In this document: in pieces, positions 46,639 through 54,572 of the stretch
Position numbering within the stretch: the stretch's first letter is position 1
Layout of the letters: each line of letters opens with the position of its first letter
Program-made: the position numbers and the translations under genes
Assembly: GCA_049841275.1 (NCBI GenBank)
Contig: JASGDN010000061.1
Span: 4,784-68,783, forward strand
From: Thermomicrobiales bacterium
GTDB lineage: Bacteria; Chloroflexota; Chloroflexia; Thermomicrobiales; UBA6265
Length of the DNA: 64,000 nucleotides
Direction: 5' to 3'
Notes under the pieces: model-generated
Seen by the model: only the letters and a program-made list of their open reading frames with translations
The model's database searches: none
What the model was told of the DNA's origin: nothing

Positions 46639-47700
46639 CTAGTTTGCGACCGTGCGCTGCCGCGCAAGGAAGATGAGGAACGGCGCGCCAAAAATCGCGG
46701 TGACGATGCCGACCTGGATTTCACCGGGGCGGGCAACGACTCGCCCGAGGATATCCGAGGCGGTCAGGAATGCGGCACCGACGACCAGGGAGTATGGGAG
46801 CACCCAGCGGTAGTCCGGCCCGATCACCGAGCGGACGATGTGGGGCACGGCGAGACCGACGAACCCGATCGGTCCAGCCACGGCAACCGCCGCTCCCGTG
46901 ATGATGACCACCAGGAACGAAGCCACGATCCGGGTGCGGCCGGTGTTCATGCCGAGGCTGCGGGCGGTCTCCTCACCCATGCTCATCACGTTCAGCTGAT
47001 GACCGAGGAAGATGCCCAGCACCGCACCGCCGAGCAGGAACGGCGAGACCCACCAGAAGACGGAGAGCGGTCGCCCGGCGACCGAGCCCGCCGACCAGAA
47101 GCGGACGATGTCCATCGTGTTCTCGTCGAGCAGGAGCAGTGCGCTGGTCCATGCCCCGAGCAACGACGAAATGACGACGCCGGCGAGCGCGAGTTTCACC
47201 GGCGTCGCCCCGCCCGATCCGGCCGAACCGATCGCGAAGACGAGGAAGCTGGCGATCATCGCCCCGCCGAAGGCGAACCAGACGAACTGGTAAGGCGCGC
47301 TCAGGCCGAGGAAGAAGACGGACGTGACGACGCCGAAGCTCGCGCCGGCGCTGACACCCAGGATCGAGGGGTCGGCCAGCGGGTTTCGCGTCACCGCCTG
47401 CATGATCGTCCCGGCGACGGCGAGGGCGCAGCCGACACCGAGCGCGATCACCGTTCGGGGAACGCGCAGGCTGCGGACAACTGTCTGCTCGTAGGAGCTC
47501 TTGTCGTAATGGAAGATCGCGTTCCAGGCGTCGCTCGTCTTCAGTTCCAGCGATCCGTAGCGGAGGCTGAGCAGGGCGATGGCCGCGGTCGCAGCGATGC
47601 AAGCCAGCAGGCCGAGCGCGCGGGCTGAATTGCGCCATCGACGACGGGCGGGCAGTTCCACGACCAGGGTAGTCTGTGGCGAGGCGTCGATCGCGGCCAT
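46639..47700 (-). CDS. FecCD-family iron-siderophore ABC permease (second, distinct subunit)
   Basis: Start at MAAIDASPQ (47700), preceded by CAGGAGGTG. Contains ..RVPRTVIALGVGCALAVAGTIMQAVTRNPLADPSILGVSAGA..GPIGFVGLAVPHIVRSV... Confidence 0.88.
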   Translation of the reverse strand: MAAIDASPQTTLVVELPARRRWRNSARALGLLACIAATAAIALLSLRYGSLELKTSDAWNAIFHYDKSSYEQTVVRSLRVPRTVIALGVGCALAVAGTIMQAVTRNPLADPSILGVSAGASFGVVTSVFFLGLSAPYQFVWFAFGGAMIASFLVFAIGSAGSGGATPVKLALAGVVISSLLGAWTSALLLLDENTMDIVRFWSAGSVAGRPLSVFWWVSPFLLGGAVLGIFLGHQLNVMSMGEETARSLGMNTGRTRIVASFLVVIITGAAVAVAGPIGFVGLAVPHIVRSVIGPDYRWVLPYSLVVGAAFLTASDILGRVVARPGEIQVGIVTAIFGAPFLIFLARQRTVAN

Positions 47701-47911
47701 CAGCGCACCTCCTGGGTGCAAGGTGCCTGACTCGGGCCAGGCGGGCAGAAGGGGTTCACGGCCTTCCCTCTTGGGGTGAACGGAGGAGCCGCGGGTGTGC
47801 AAATACCCGAGGCGAGCAGTCGGACTTATCGTAGTTTTGTCCGTTGCGTGTGTCAAACCGATCGGCCGCATGCGGGGAACAATCGGGCATGGCCGCGCGG
47901 TTTCAGACGCC

Positions 47912-47940
47912 TTGACACCATTCTGGCGGCCTCCTACCAT
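47912..47940 (+). promoter_or_regulatory. Candidate sigma-70-type promoter for the siderophore-binding protein gene
   Basis: A perfect TTGACA (47912-47917), a 17-nt spacer, then TACCAT (47935-47940, followed by AAT). It is ~65 nt upstream of ATG 48003. An imperfect palindrome ACCATAATCCGAGTCTAATGGT overlaps the -10. Confidence 0.3.
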
Positions 47941-48002
47941 AATCCGAGTCTAATGGTCGGCTATCCGTCGGTACGGTATCAGGTCTGGAGACGGCACCAT
48001 CC

Positions 48003-49067
48003 ATGAAGACACCCTCATCTGCTCTGACAGATGCATTCGCCGACTGGACGCCAGCGGAGCGGGACGCCTTGGCGAATGCACTGACCCGCCGCGGGTTCAC
48101 GGCGACAGCGGCTGCACTGGTGGCGGCTGGGTTCGGCATCGCGGGTGCGCAGACGCCGGCGGCGTCACCTGGCGATGGCGGTACGCGCACGGTCGAAACG
48201 GTGAACGGCCCGGTCGAGGTGCCGGCGAACCCCACGCGTGTGGTATCGGTGGACAGCTATTCGCTTGCGGCGCTGATCGATGCTGGCCTCGTGCCGGTCG
48301 GCGTGCCGGAGATGGATCTCGATTCCTTCATTGCCACCTACAAGGACGCCCTGACCGGGGTGCCGACGATCGGGACCTTCCAGGATATCGATGTCGAGAA
48401 GATCAAGGTCCTTCAGCCGGAGGTGATTCTCTCCATCAACGCGCCATGGGCGACGGCGATCTACGACCAGTTGTCGCAGATCGCGCCGACCGTCCTGCTG
48501 GACTATCAGGTGCCGAATGCTTGGCAGGTCCTCTCTGATGGTTTCGCGGCAGCGGTCGGCCGGGAAGCCGATCTCGCCAAGGTCAAGGAGACCTACGCCG
48601 ACCGCGCCGCTGGGGTGAAGACGACCTTTGCCGACGCGATGGCGTCCCTGAAATGGGCGGTTGCCATCGGGTGGGGCGCCGCCGATAACCAGTGGACGCT
48701 GTACTACCCGGATTCGGCGCCGGGAGTGGTGCTGACGGACTGTGGCGTCCAGTTCGTTGCGGCGGCTGCCGGCAAGACCGGGACCAACGAGGCATTCTCC
48801 TACGAGCGGCTATCGCTGCTGGAGGATGCCGATATCGTGCTCACCTACGGCGTGCACGATGGTCAATCGGAGGAGCTGACCCAGGCGATGATCGACCAGC
48901 CGCTCTTTCAGGCGCTGAAGGTGGCGCAGGACAACCATATCTTCATGCTTGCCAACGTCGTTCCCTCGCCTTACGGTGCTGCGATCGACTTCATCGGCTC
49001 CGTGGGGACTATCCTCGGCGATGTGACCGGGGCATCGGCTACACCGGAAGCATCGCCTGCCGCCTGA
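48003..49067 (+). CDS. Iron-siderophore ABC substrate-binding protein (Tat-like signal with long N-region)
   Basis: 354 aa. ..NALTRRGFTATAAALVAAGFGIAGAQ is Tat-like but sits ~25 residues from the N-terminus. The body is ..PTRVVSVDSYSLAALIDAGLVPVGV..VEKIKVLQPEVILS.., a periplasmic-binding-protein type 2 pattern. Confidence 0.85.
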   Translation: MKTPSSALTDAFADWTPAERDALANALTRRGFTATAAALVAAGFGIAGAQTPAASPGDGGTRTVETVNGPVEVPANPTRVVSVDSYSLAALIDAGLVPVGVPEMDLDSFIATYKDALTGVPTIGTFQDIDVEKIKVLQPEVILSINAPWATAIYDQLSQIAPTVLLDYQVPNAWQVLSDGFAAAVGREADLAKVKETYADRAAGVKTTFADAMASLKWAVAIGWGAADNQWTLYYPDSAPGVVLTDCGVQFVAAAAGKTGTNEAFSYERLSLLEDADIVLTYGVHDGQSEELTQAMIDQPLFQALKVAQDNHIFMLANVVPSPYGAAIDFIGSVGTILGDVTGASATPEASPAA

Positions 49068-49141
49068 CGTTTGCGTGGATGATGGGCCAGGAGATGCCTG
49101 TCCGCGCTGACCGATACGGATATGAAAGGACACAGAGAAAC

Positions 49142-49978
49142 ATGGCAACCGAAGCCACGAACGAGCAGGAGCGAACGCGAGTCGAGCGGTTTTCGCTGGC
49201 TTTTCGGCGCGTCGAGGTGCGCCGGATCGAGCCGCTGACGCCGCGTTACCTGCGGATCACGGTGGGCGGTGACGAACTTGCCGGCTTCCGCACCCTCGGC
49301 GCCCAGGACCACTTCAAGCTCATGCTTCCGGCTGGGGGAGAGGATGAGCCGGTGGTGCCTGAGATGACATCTGAAGGTCCACGCTATCCAGAGGGCGCCG
49401 TGCGGCCGGTGATGCGCGATTACACGCCGGTCGCGTTCGATCCGGCCACGAATGAACTGACCTTCGATCTCGTGCTACACGAGCGGGGTGCGGCTTCCGA
49501 CTGGGCGCGGCAGGCCGTTCCGGGGAAGATCGTGGGTACTGCCGGGCCTCGTGGGTCGCATATCGTCGAGTACGGGACCTTCGACTGGTTCCTGGCGGCG
49601 GGCGACGAGACCTCCATCCCCTCGATCGCGCGGGCGCTGGAGATGCTTCCGGCAGGTATGAAGGCATACATCTTCATCGAGGTCGATGGGGCCGAGGACG
49701 AATTGCCGCTGCCAACGCAGGCCGATGCCCAGATCACCTGGGTGCATCGGAACGGCGCGGCGGCGGGGACCACAAACGTGCTGGAGCAGGCGATCCGTGC
49801 CTTCGACTTCCCGGCTGGCGAGGGATTCCAGACCTACACCGGCGAAGCGGGGGCATTGCGGGACATTCGCCGCTACCTGCTGAAGGAAAAGGGCCTCGAC
49901 AAGCAGTGGATCGACTTCTCCGGCCATTGGAAGTACGGTACTGCCGACTTCGATCATCACGCGGCGATCGAGGACTAG
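49142..49978 (+). CDS. Siderophore-interacting protein (FAD-binding ferric-siderophore reductase, ViuB/SIP family)
   Basis: Start at MATEATNEQ. Contains ..RVEVRRIEPLTPRYLRITVGG..MRDYTPVAFD..FLAAGDETSIPSIARALEML..GHWKYG, which are SIP family motifs. Confidence 0.85.
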   Translation: MATEATNEQERTRVERFSLAFRRVEVRRIEPLTPRYLRITVGGDELAGFRTLGAQDHFKLMLPAGGEDEPVVPEMTSEGPRYPEGAVRPVMRDYTPVAFDPATNELTFDLVLHERGAASDWARQAVPGKIVGTAGPRGSHIVEYGTFDWFLAAGDETSIPSIARALEMLPAGMKAYIFIEVDGAEDELPLPTQADAQITWVHRNGAAAGTTNVLEQAIRAFDFPAGEGFQTYTGEAGALRDIRRYLLKEKGLDKQWIDFSGHWKYGTADFDHHAAIED

Positions 49979-50018
49979 CCGATTCCGTATCCCGAAGCAG
50001 GATGGAAGGACGTCGACC

Positions 50019-50588
50019 ATGCCGATGAACCAGGCGCACATGGAGCTCTGTTCCAGTCCGGAGTGGGCGGAGCATATCGAGAAGACGATCGTCCCATGGG
50101 CGACCGGCGACCTCGAGTTTGGGGACAACGTGCTGGAGATCGGGTCCGGACCGGGCCTGACGACCAACGTATTGCAGCACAAGGTGGCGAAGCTCACCGC
50201 GTCCGAGATCGACCCGGACATGGCGGCCGCGCTGGCCGAACGGTTCGCCGACGTGCCGAATGTGACAGTGATCCAGGCCGATGCGACGAACCTGCCGTTC
50301 CCGGACGACACGTTCAGTACCGTCTTCAGCTTCACGATGCTTCATCATGTCCCGACTGTGGAGATGCAGGATGCGCTCTTCGCCGAGGTTGCGCGGGTGC
50401 TGCGTCCGGGCGGGTTGCTGGTGGGCACGGACTCGCTGGACAGCCCCAGCTTCCGGGAACTGCATGTCGGGGACATCTGCAATGTCGTCAATCCGCTGAC
50501 GCTCGAAGCGCGGTTGCGGGCGGCGGGATTCAGCGATGTCTCGCTGACGGTGTGGGCGATCGGCGTCAAGTTCGTCGCTCGCGTCTAG
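50019..50588 (+). CDS. Class I SAM-dependent methyltransferase
   Basis: Motif I VLEIGSGPGLTT, motif post-I ASEID, and ..LRPGGLLVGTD. 189 aa. Confidence 0.8.
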   Translation: MPMNQAHMELCSSPEWAEHIEKTIVPWATGDLEFGDNVLEIGSGPGLTTNVLQHKVAKLTASEIDPDMAAALAERFADVPNVTVIQADATNLPFPDDTFSTVFSFTMLHHVPTVEMQDALFAEVARVLRPGGLLVGTDSLDSPSFRELHVGDICNVVNPLTLEARLRAAGFSDVSLTVWAIGVKFVARV

Positions 50589-50786
50589 CATCCAGCCGGT
50601 CACCTTCAAGGCGCTCCCTGAACAGGACCCGCTCCGATGACCGGAGTGGGTCTGTGTCATTTCCGGTCGACGGCTGAACGTCCTGTCGGGGGAAGCGATC
50701 TTGCACGTCCCGCCTGAATGAGCCCGGTGTGCGACGACGATACAGGGAGGTTCTCCAATGACAGTGCAGTTGAGCATGGTCGGTCG

Positions 50787-51149
50787 ATGGTGGAAGACAT
50801 GCCACGAGCGCTGGCGTTCTATCGTTTGCTAGGCTTGGACATCCCTGCGGAAGAGGATGAGAGGCGCTTCGTGATGCATCGGATGGAGAGCGGCGTCACG
50901 TTGTTCTGGGATCGCTTCTTCGTCGATCAGTACGATCCTTGCCGGAAGCCGGTCACTGGTGGATATCAGTCGATGCTGGAGTTCTACCTCGGGGACGATG
51001 CGTCGGTGGATGCGACGTACGCCACCCTGACGGCGGCTGGCTACCACGGGCGGCTGGCTCCGGCGCAAACGGTGGGACCCTACGCCGCGATGGTGGACGA
51101 CCCCGATGGGAACGTGATTCTGCTCACCTCCGATCAGGGGGCATTGTGA
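50787..51149 (+). CDS. VOC (glyoxalase/bleomycin-resistance) family protein, probably N-terminally frameshifted
   Basis: MVEDMPRALAFYRLLGLDIP...YAAMVDDPDGNVILLTS is a VOC fold lacking its first strand. A strong RBS (GGGAGG 50745-50750) and ATG 50758 encode MTVQLSMVGR in another frame, which dies at 50830. Confidence 0.6.
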   Translation: MVEDMPRALAFYRLLGLDIPAEEDERRFVMHRMESGVTLFWDRFFVDQYDPCRKPVTGGYQSMLEFYLGDDASVDATYATLTAAGYHGRLAPAQTVGPYAAMVDDPDGNVILLTSDQGAL

Positions 51150-51178
51150 TGGGGGCTGCGAAACGGGGTAGATGCCCC

Positions 51179-51427
51179 CTATTCGTCGGGGCGATGACGT
51201 GGCCATTCCTCGGTCTGCCAGGTCGGGATCGATCGATGATCGATGCACCTTGGCAGTGAAATAGTGGACGTGGTGAAGCATGTCTCCTGGTGGCATGAGT
51301 TGGAGTGCCAGGAGTCGGTAATTGAGCCATTTGTCGCGAGGAGGCCATGCACGGCGATTACGCTTGAAGCACGCGTAATAAAATTGAACCCATCGATATA
51401 GACTGAGGCTCGGGCAGGCGTGTCCAA
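51179..51427 (-). pseudogene. NYN-domain (PIN-like RNase) gene remnant, frameshifted and truncated
   Basis: One minus-strand frame gives ..ARASVYIDGFNF. The next frame continues YYACFKRNRRAWPPRDKWLNYRLLALQLMPPGDMLHHVHYFTAKV, matching the NYN pattern YIDGFNLYY...WL....L......YFTA. The rest of the gene is missing. Lies in an AT-richer segment. Confidence 0.55.
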
Positions 51428-51602
51428 GGTGGAACTCCAGCACAAAATGAAAGAGGACGCTCGTAAGCGCCCTCCTCCGACGAGAGCCAAAGGCCCCGCT
51501 CACTCCGGCAGGCGATGCGACCGGAGGAGTTACATCTATTTTGGGATCGATGCCTCATCCTGCCAATCGCGGTGAGAAGGCGGAGACAAGGTGTCGAGCC
51601 GC

Positions 51603-51633
51603 TTGACCTTGCCGTAACGTCAACCGCTAGGAT
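51603..51633 (+). promoter_or_regulatory. Candidate MerR-type promoter (19-nt spacer) with operator-like dyad
   Basis: TTGACC, a 19-nt spacer, then TAGGAT. The spacer region reads TTGAC-N11-GTCAA (51603-51623). Located upstream of the MerR/TipA-like gene, 110-170 nt before the candidate starts. Confidence 0.35.
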
Positions 51634-51805
51634 CGTCGTGCGATCGGATGGACCGGTCGAGCAGGGCTTGTCGGGCATGACCCCGTCGCCCTGAACGGTG
51701 CGTCGGCAATGCCCGTTGATGGGGCGGTGACAGGAGGTACCCATGAAGGAAGCGTCCCACAACGCGCGCTTGGTTGGGGAGATCTCCGGGCATGTGTCCT
51801 CACGC

Positions 51806-52564
51806 GTGTGGACCATCTCCGAGGTGGCGCGGATGGCGCACGTCACGACGCGCACCCTCCGCCATTACGACCAGATCGGCCTGCTGTCGCCCGCTGGTGT
51901 GCGGGAGAACGGCTATCGTCTCTACCGGCGTCCTCAACTGCTGCGGCTGCAACGGATCCTGCTGCTGCGTGAGCTGGGGCTCGACCTGGAGACGATCGCC
52001 ACGATTCTCGATGGCAGGCAGGACGAGGTCGCTGCACTGGAGGTGCATCGCGACTGGTTGCTCGCCGAACGCGATCGGATGCAAGCCCTGGCGGGGACCG
52101 TCGAACGCACCATCGCGGACTTGAAAGGAGAGGCTCCCATGTCGGAGGAGCAGATGTTCGAGGGGTTCGAGAACCCCTATGAGGATGAGGCCCGGGAACG
52201 CTGGGGCAACGAGGCGATCGATCGCTCGAACGCAGCCTGGGCGGCACTTGGCGCCGAGGGACAGCAGGCGCACATCGCGGAGTCTGTCGCCATTACCGAC
52301 GACCTCTTCTTCCTGATGCAAGCTGGAGTCCCGGTTGATGATGCGCGCGTCCAGGAGGTCATCGGGCGGCACTATCGCTGGATGAGCCTGTTCTGGATGC
52401 CGAATGCCGAGACGTATGCCTGCCTCGGACAGATGTACGTCGACGATCCCCGTTTCACGACGCATTATGATGGCGAGGATGGCGAGGATGGCGCTCGCGC
52501 TGGCCTCGCAGCGTACATGCGCGACGCAATGGCCGTCTATGCGCAGGAATCCCTGGCGGCGTAG
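51806..52564 (+). CDS. MerR family transcriptional regulator with TipAS-like C-terminal domain
   Basis: The GTG at 51806 gives (M)WTISEVARMAHVTTRTLRHYDQIGLLSP..GYRLY (MerR HTH). The C-terminal ..EDEARERWGNEAIDRSNAAW..HYRWMSLFW..YVDDPRFTTHYD is TipAS-like. An alternative ATG is at 51743. Confidence 0.85.
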   Translation: MWTISEVARMAHVTTRTLRHYDQIGLLSPAGVRENGYRLYRRPQLLRLQRILLLRELGLDLETIATILDGRQDEVAALEVHRDWLLAERDRMQALAGTVERTIADLKGEAPMSEEQMFEGFENPYEDEARERWGNEAIDRSNAAWAALGAEGQQAHIAESVAITDDLFFLMQAGVPVDDARVQEVIGRHYRWMSLFWMPNAETYACLGQMYVDDPRFTTHYDGEDGEDGARAGLAAYMRDAMAVYAQESLAA

Positions 52565-52597
52565 TAGTTGTGGTTGTGGCCGGCTGGCGAGCACGAA

Positions 52598-52635
52598 GCG
52601 AGGGCGGCCAGGACATTCATCCTGGCCGCCCTCGC
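52598..52635. terminator. 16-bp stem hairpin between convergent MerR and RidA genes
   Basis: GCGAGGGCGGCCAGGA-CATTCA-TCCTGGCCGCCCTCGC. Confidence 0.55.
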
Positions 52636-52648
52636 GCCATTTCGGCGG

Positions 52649-53107
52649 CTATGCGAGTTCGATCTCGAAGATCGTCTCAACCTCGACCGGCACCTCGGAC
52701 GGCAGCGCCTGGAGGCCGACGGCCGAACGGGCGTGGACGCCCTTGTCCCCGAAGACCTCGTAATAGAACTCGGAGACGCCGTGAATCACCTGCGGGGTCT
52801 CGCCGAACCCGGGCGCGCAGTTGACCATGCCGAGCACCTTCACGACACGCTTGATGCGGCCGAGGTCGCCGAGGACTGACTTGGCAATGGCGAGCTGGGC
52901 GATGGCGCATTCGCGGGCGGCCTGATAGCCCTCGGCGGTGGTGTAGGTATCGCCGACGCGGCCCTTCCAGGACTTGTCCAGCGGCGTCGAGCCGCAGCAG
53001 TAGAGCAGGTTTCCGCTGACGACACCGAGCGCGACAGCGGGGTGGAAGGGCTTGAGGTCGGGCAGCTCGATACCGAGCTCCTTCAGCTTCTCCTCGGGAT
53101 GCGACAT
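52649..53107 (-). CDS. RidA/YjgF family protein
   Basis: 152 aa. ..VSGNLLYCCGSTPLD..ARECAIAQLAIAKSVLG..ARSAVGLQALPSEVPVEVETIFEI is a typical RidA fold signature. Confidence 0.82.
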   Translation of the reverse strand: MSHPEEKLKELGIELPDLKPFHPAVALGVVSGNLLYCCGSTPLDKSWKGRVGDTYTTAEGYQAARECAIAQLAIAKSVLGDLGRIKRVVKVLGMVNCAPGFGETPQVIHGVSEFYYEVFGDKGVHARSAVGLQALPSEVPVEVETIFEIELA

Positions 53108-53226
53108 GGTGGTATCTCCCCTGGTTGTGGATTACGGATATACGAAATGGCGCACGATGCTGCCTTGGGATCTCCGCACGCGACTGTGAGGCAGGATACC
53201 CGTCGTGCCGCAGCCCGTCGAGGCGG

Positions 53227-54394
53227 CTACATCGTTGGTGTTCGGGCAAACATGACGTCAGCGATGCCAGTCGCGATGTAGATACGATCACGTTTTCGTC
53301 TGGTTACTTCTTCGACGATGCCATCCGCTTCGAGCTTTGCGACGAGGCGCGTTGCGGTTGTGAATGCGATCCCGAGGAGATCGGCTGTGGAATTCACGGT
53401 CAGGGACGGTTTGTCAAAGAGATGGTCGATGACCGTCAAGATACGAGCGGATGATTCGTCCTGGTATCGCTCACGTAGGTCCTCGCGAAGGCGATTCAAT
53501 GCGCGTACGCGGACGTAACTGTCATGGGCTTGCTGCGCGATGGCATTGAGCAGGAAGAGAATCCATTCCTTCCACGCTCCCTTTGTGCTGACCGCGTAGA
53601 GATGGTCGATATATTCTTCCCGATGATCCTCCAGGTACTCGCTGAGGTAGAGGAGTGGCATGTCGATCTCGCCCCAAAGCCCGAGGCAGAGGGGGATCAG
53701 CAGGCGTCCGAGTCTTCCGTTGCCATCCATGAAGGGTGGATTGTCTCGAATTGGTAATGGATGAGGGCAAGGCGCACGACCGCCGTGTATCGCTTGTTTT
53801 CGACCAGATAGTGGCAAAGGCCGTCAAGCAGGTCGCGAACGCGCTCTGGCGGAGGCGGTACAAATCGTGCGGTTGTCGCATCGTCGCGATTGGTTCCGAT
53901 GAAGACTTGAACCTCTCGCAACTGACCTGGCCGTTTGTCCTGACCGTGACCCCCGGCTAACAGCTGTTGGTGTAATTCCATCAGGAATCCAGTTGTGAAT
54001 GGGCGTTCGGCTTCGCGGTGCCATCCCGTGAACGATGTCTGGATGTAGTTCGAGACCTCCTGAAGGTCTGGGTCTTCGCTAGCATCGGTTTGATCCGCTT
54101 CGAGCCGTATCAGTTGTCCGTAATCTGCCTTGGTTCCCTCAATGCGGCTGGACGCGAGTGCTTCGCGTTGGACGAATGGTCGGATCAGCAGGTTGGGATT
54201 CCGGAGAAGTTGCCCCGCTCCATTGAGATTGCCGAGCGCAAGCGTCGCTCGCTCGACGGCCTCCGTGATCTCGTGGTCGCCTCGAGATCGGGCGGAAGGT
54301 TGTCAGGAACAAATGCCCATGCCGATTTTCCGGAGACGGCGGCAATGGTGACAAGGTCTCCAGGAGCATTCTGGGCAAAGCAGGATGGATTCAT
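53227..54394 (-). pseudogene. Fic family (AMPylase-type) gene disrupted by two frameshifts, one inside the catalytic motif
   Basis: The three pieces lie in three frames. Piece 1 is MNPSCF..AWAFVPDNLPPDLE. Piece 2 is DHEITEAVERATLALGNLNGAG..SSRIEGTKA..ALIHYQFETIHP. Piece 3 is FMDGNGRLGRLLIPL..wHTH tail. The Fic motif HPFxDGNGR is split at 53731-53736, where a T-run appears one nt short. The second shift is near 54275-54290. Confidence 0.8.
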
Positions 54395-54459
54395 GGGCTG
54401 GCCTTGATATGAACGCCGATGAAAATACCGACCATTGATATTATCGAATACCCCCAACT

Positions 54460-54519
54460 TCGACAATAGCGTCGATGGCTATTAGCGATGGTGCAACTAT
54501 CGCCCGACGCTATTGTCGA
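54460..54519. other. 15-bp perfect inverted repeat with 30-nt spacer (terminator or operator)
   Basis: TCGACAATAGCGTCG (54460-54474) and CGACGCTATTGTCGA (54505-54519). Located between the SelA-like gene stop (54573) and the Fic remnant start (54394), flanked by AT-rich sequence. Confidence 0.45.
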
Positions 54520-54572
54520 TTGGGTTGGCCATCAGAAATAGGCGGTCATGCTCCTGACATCGAAGCATGTTG

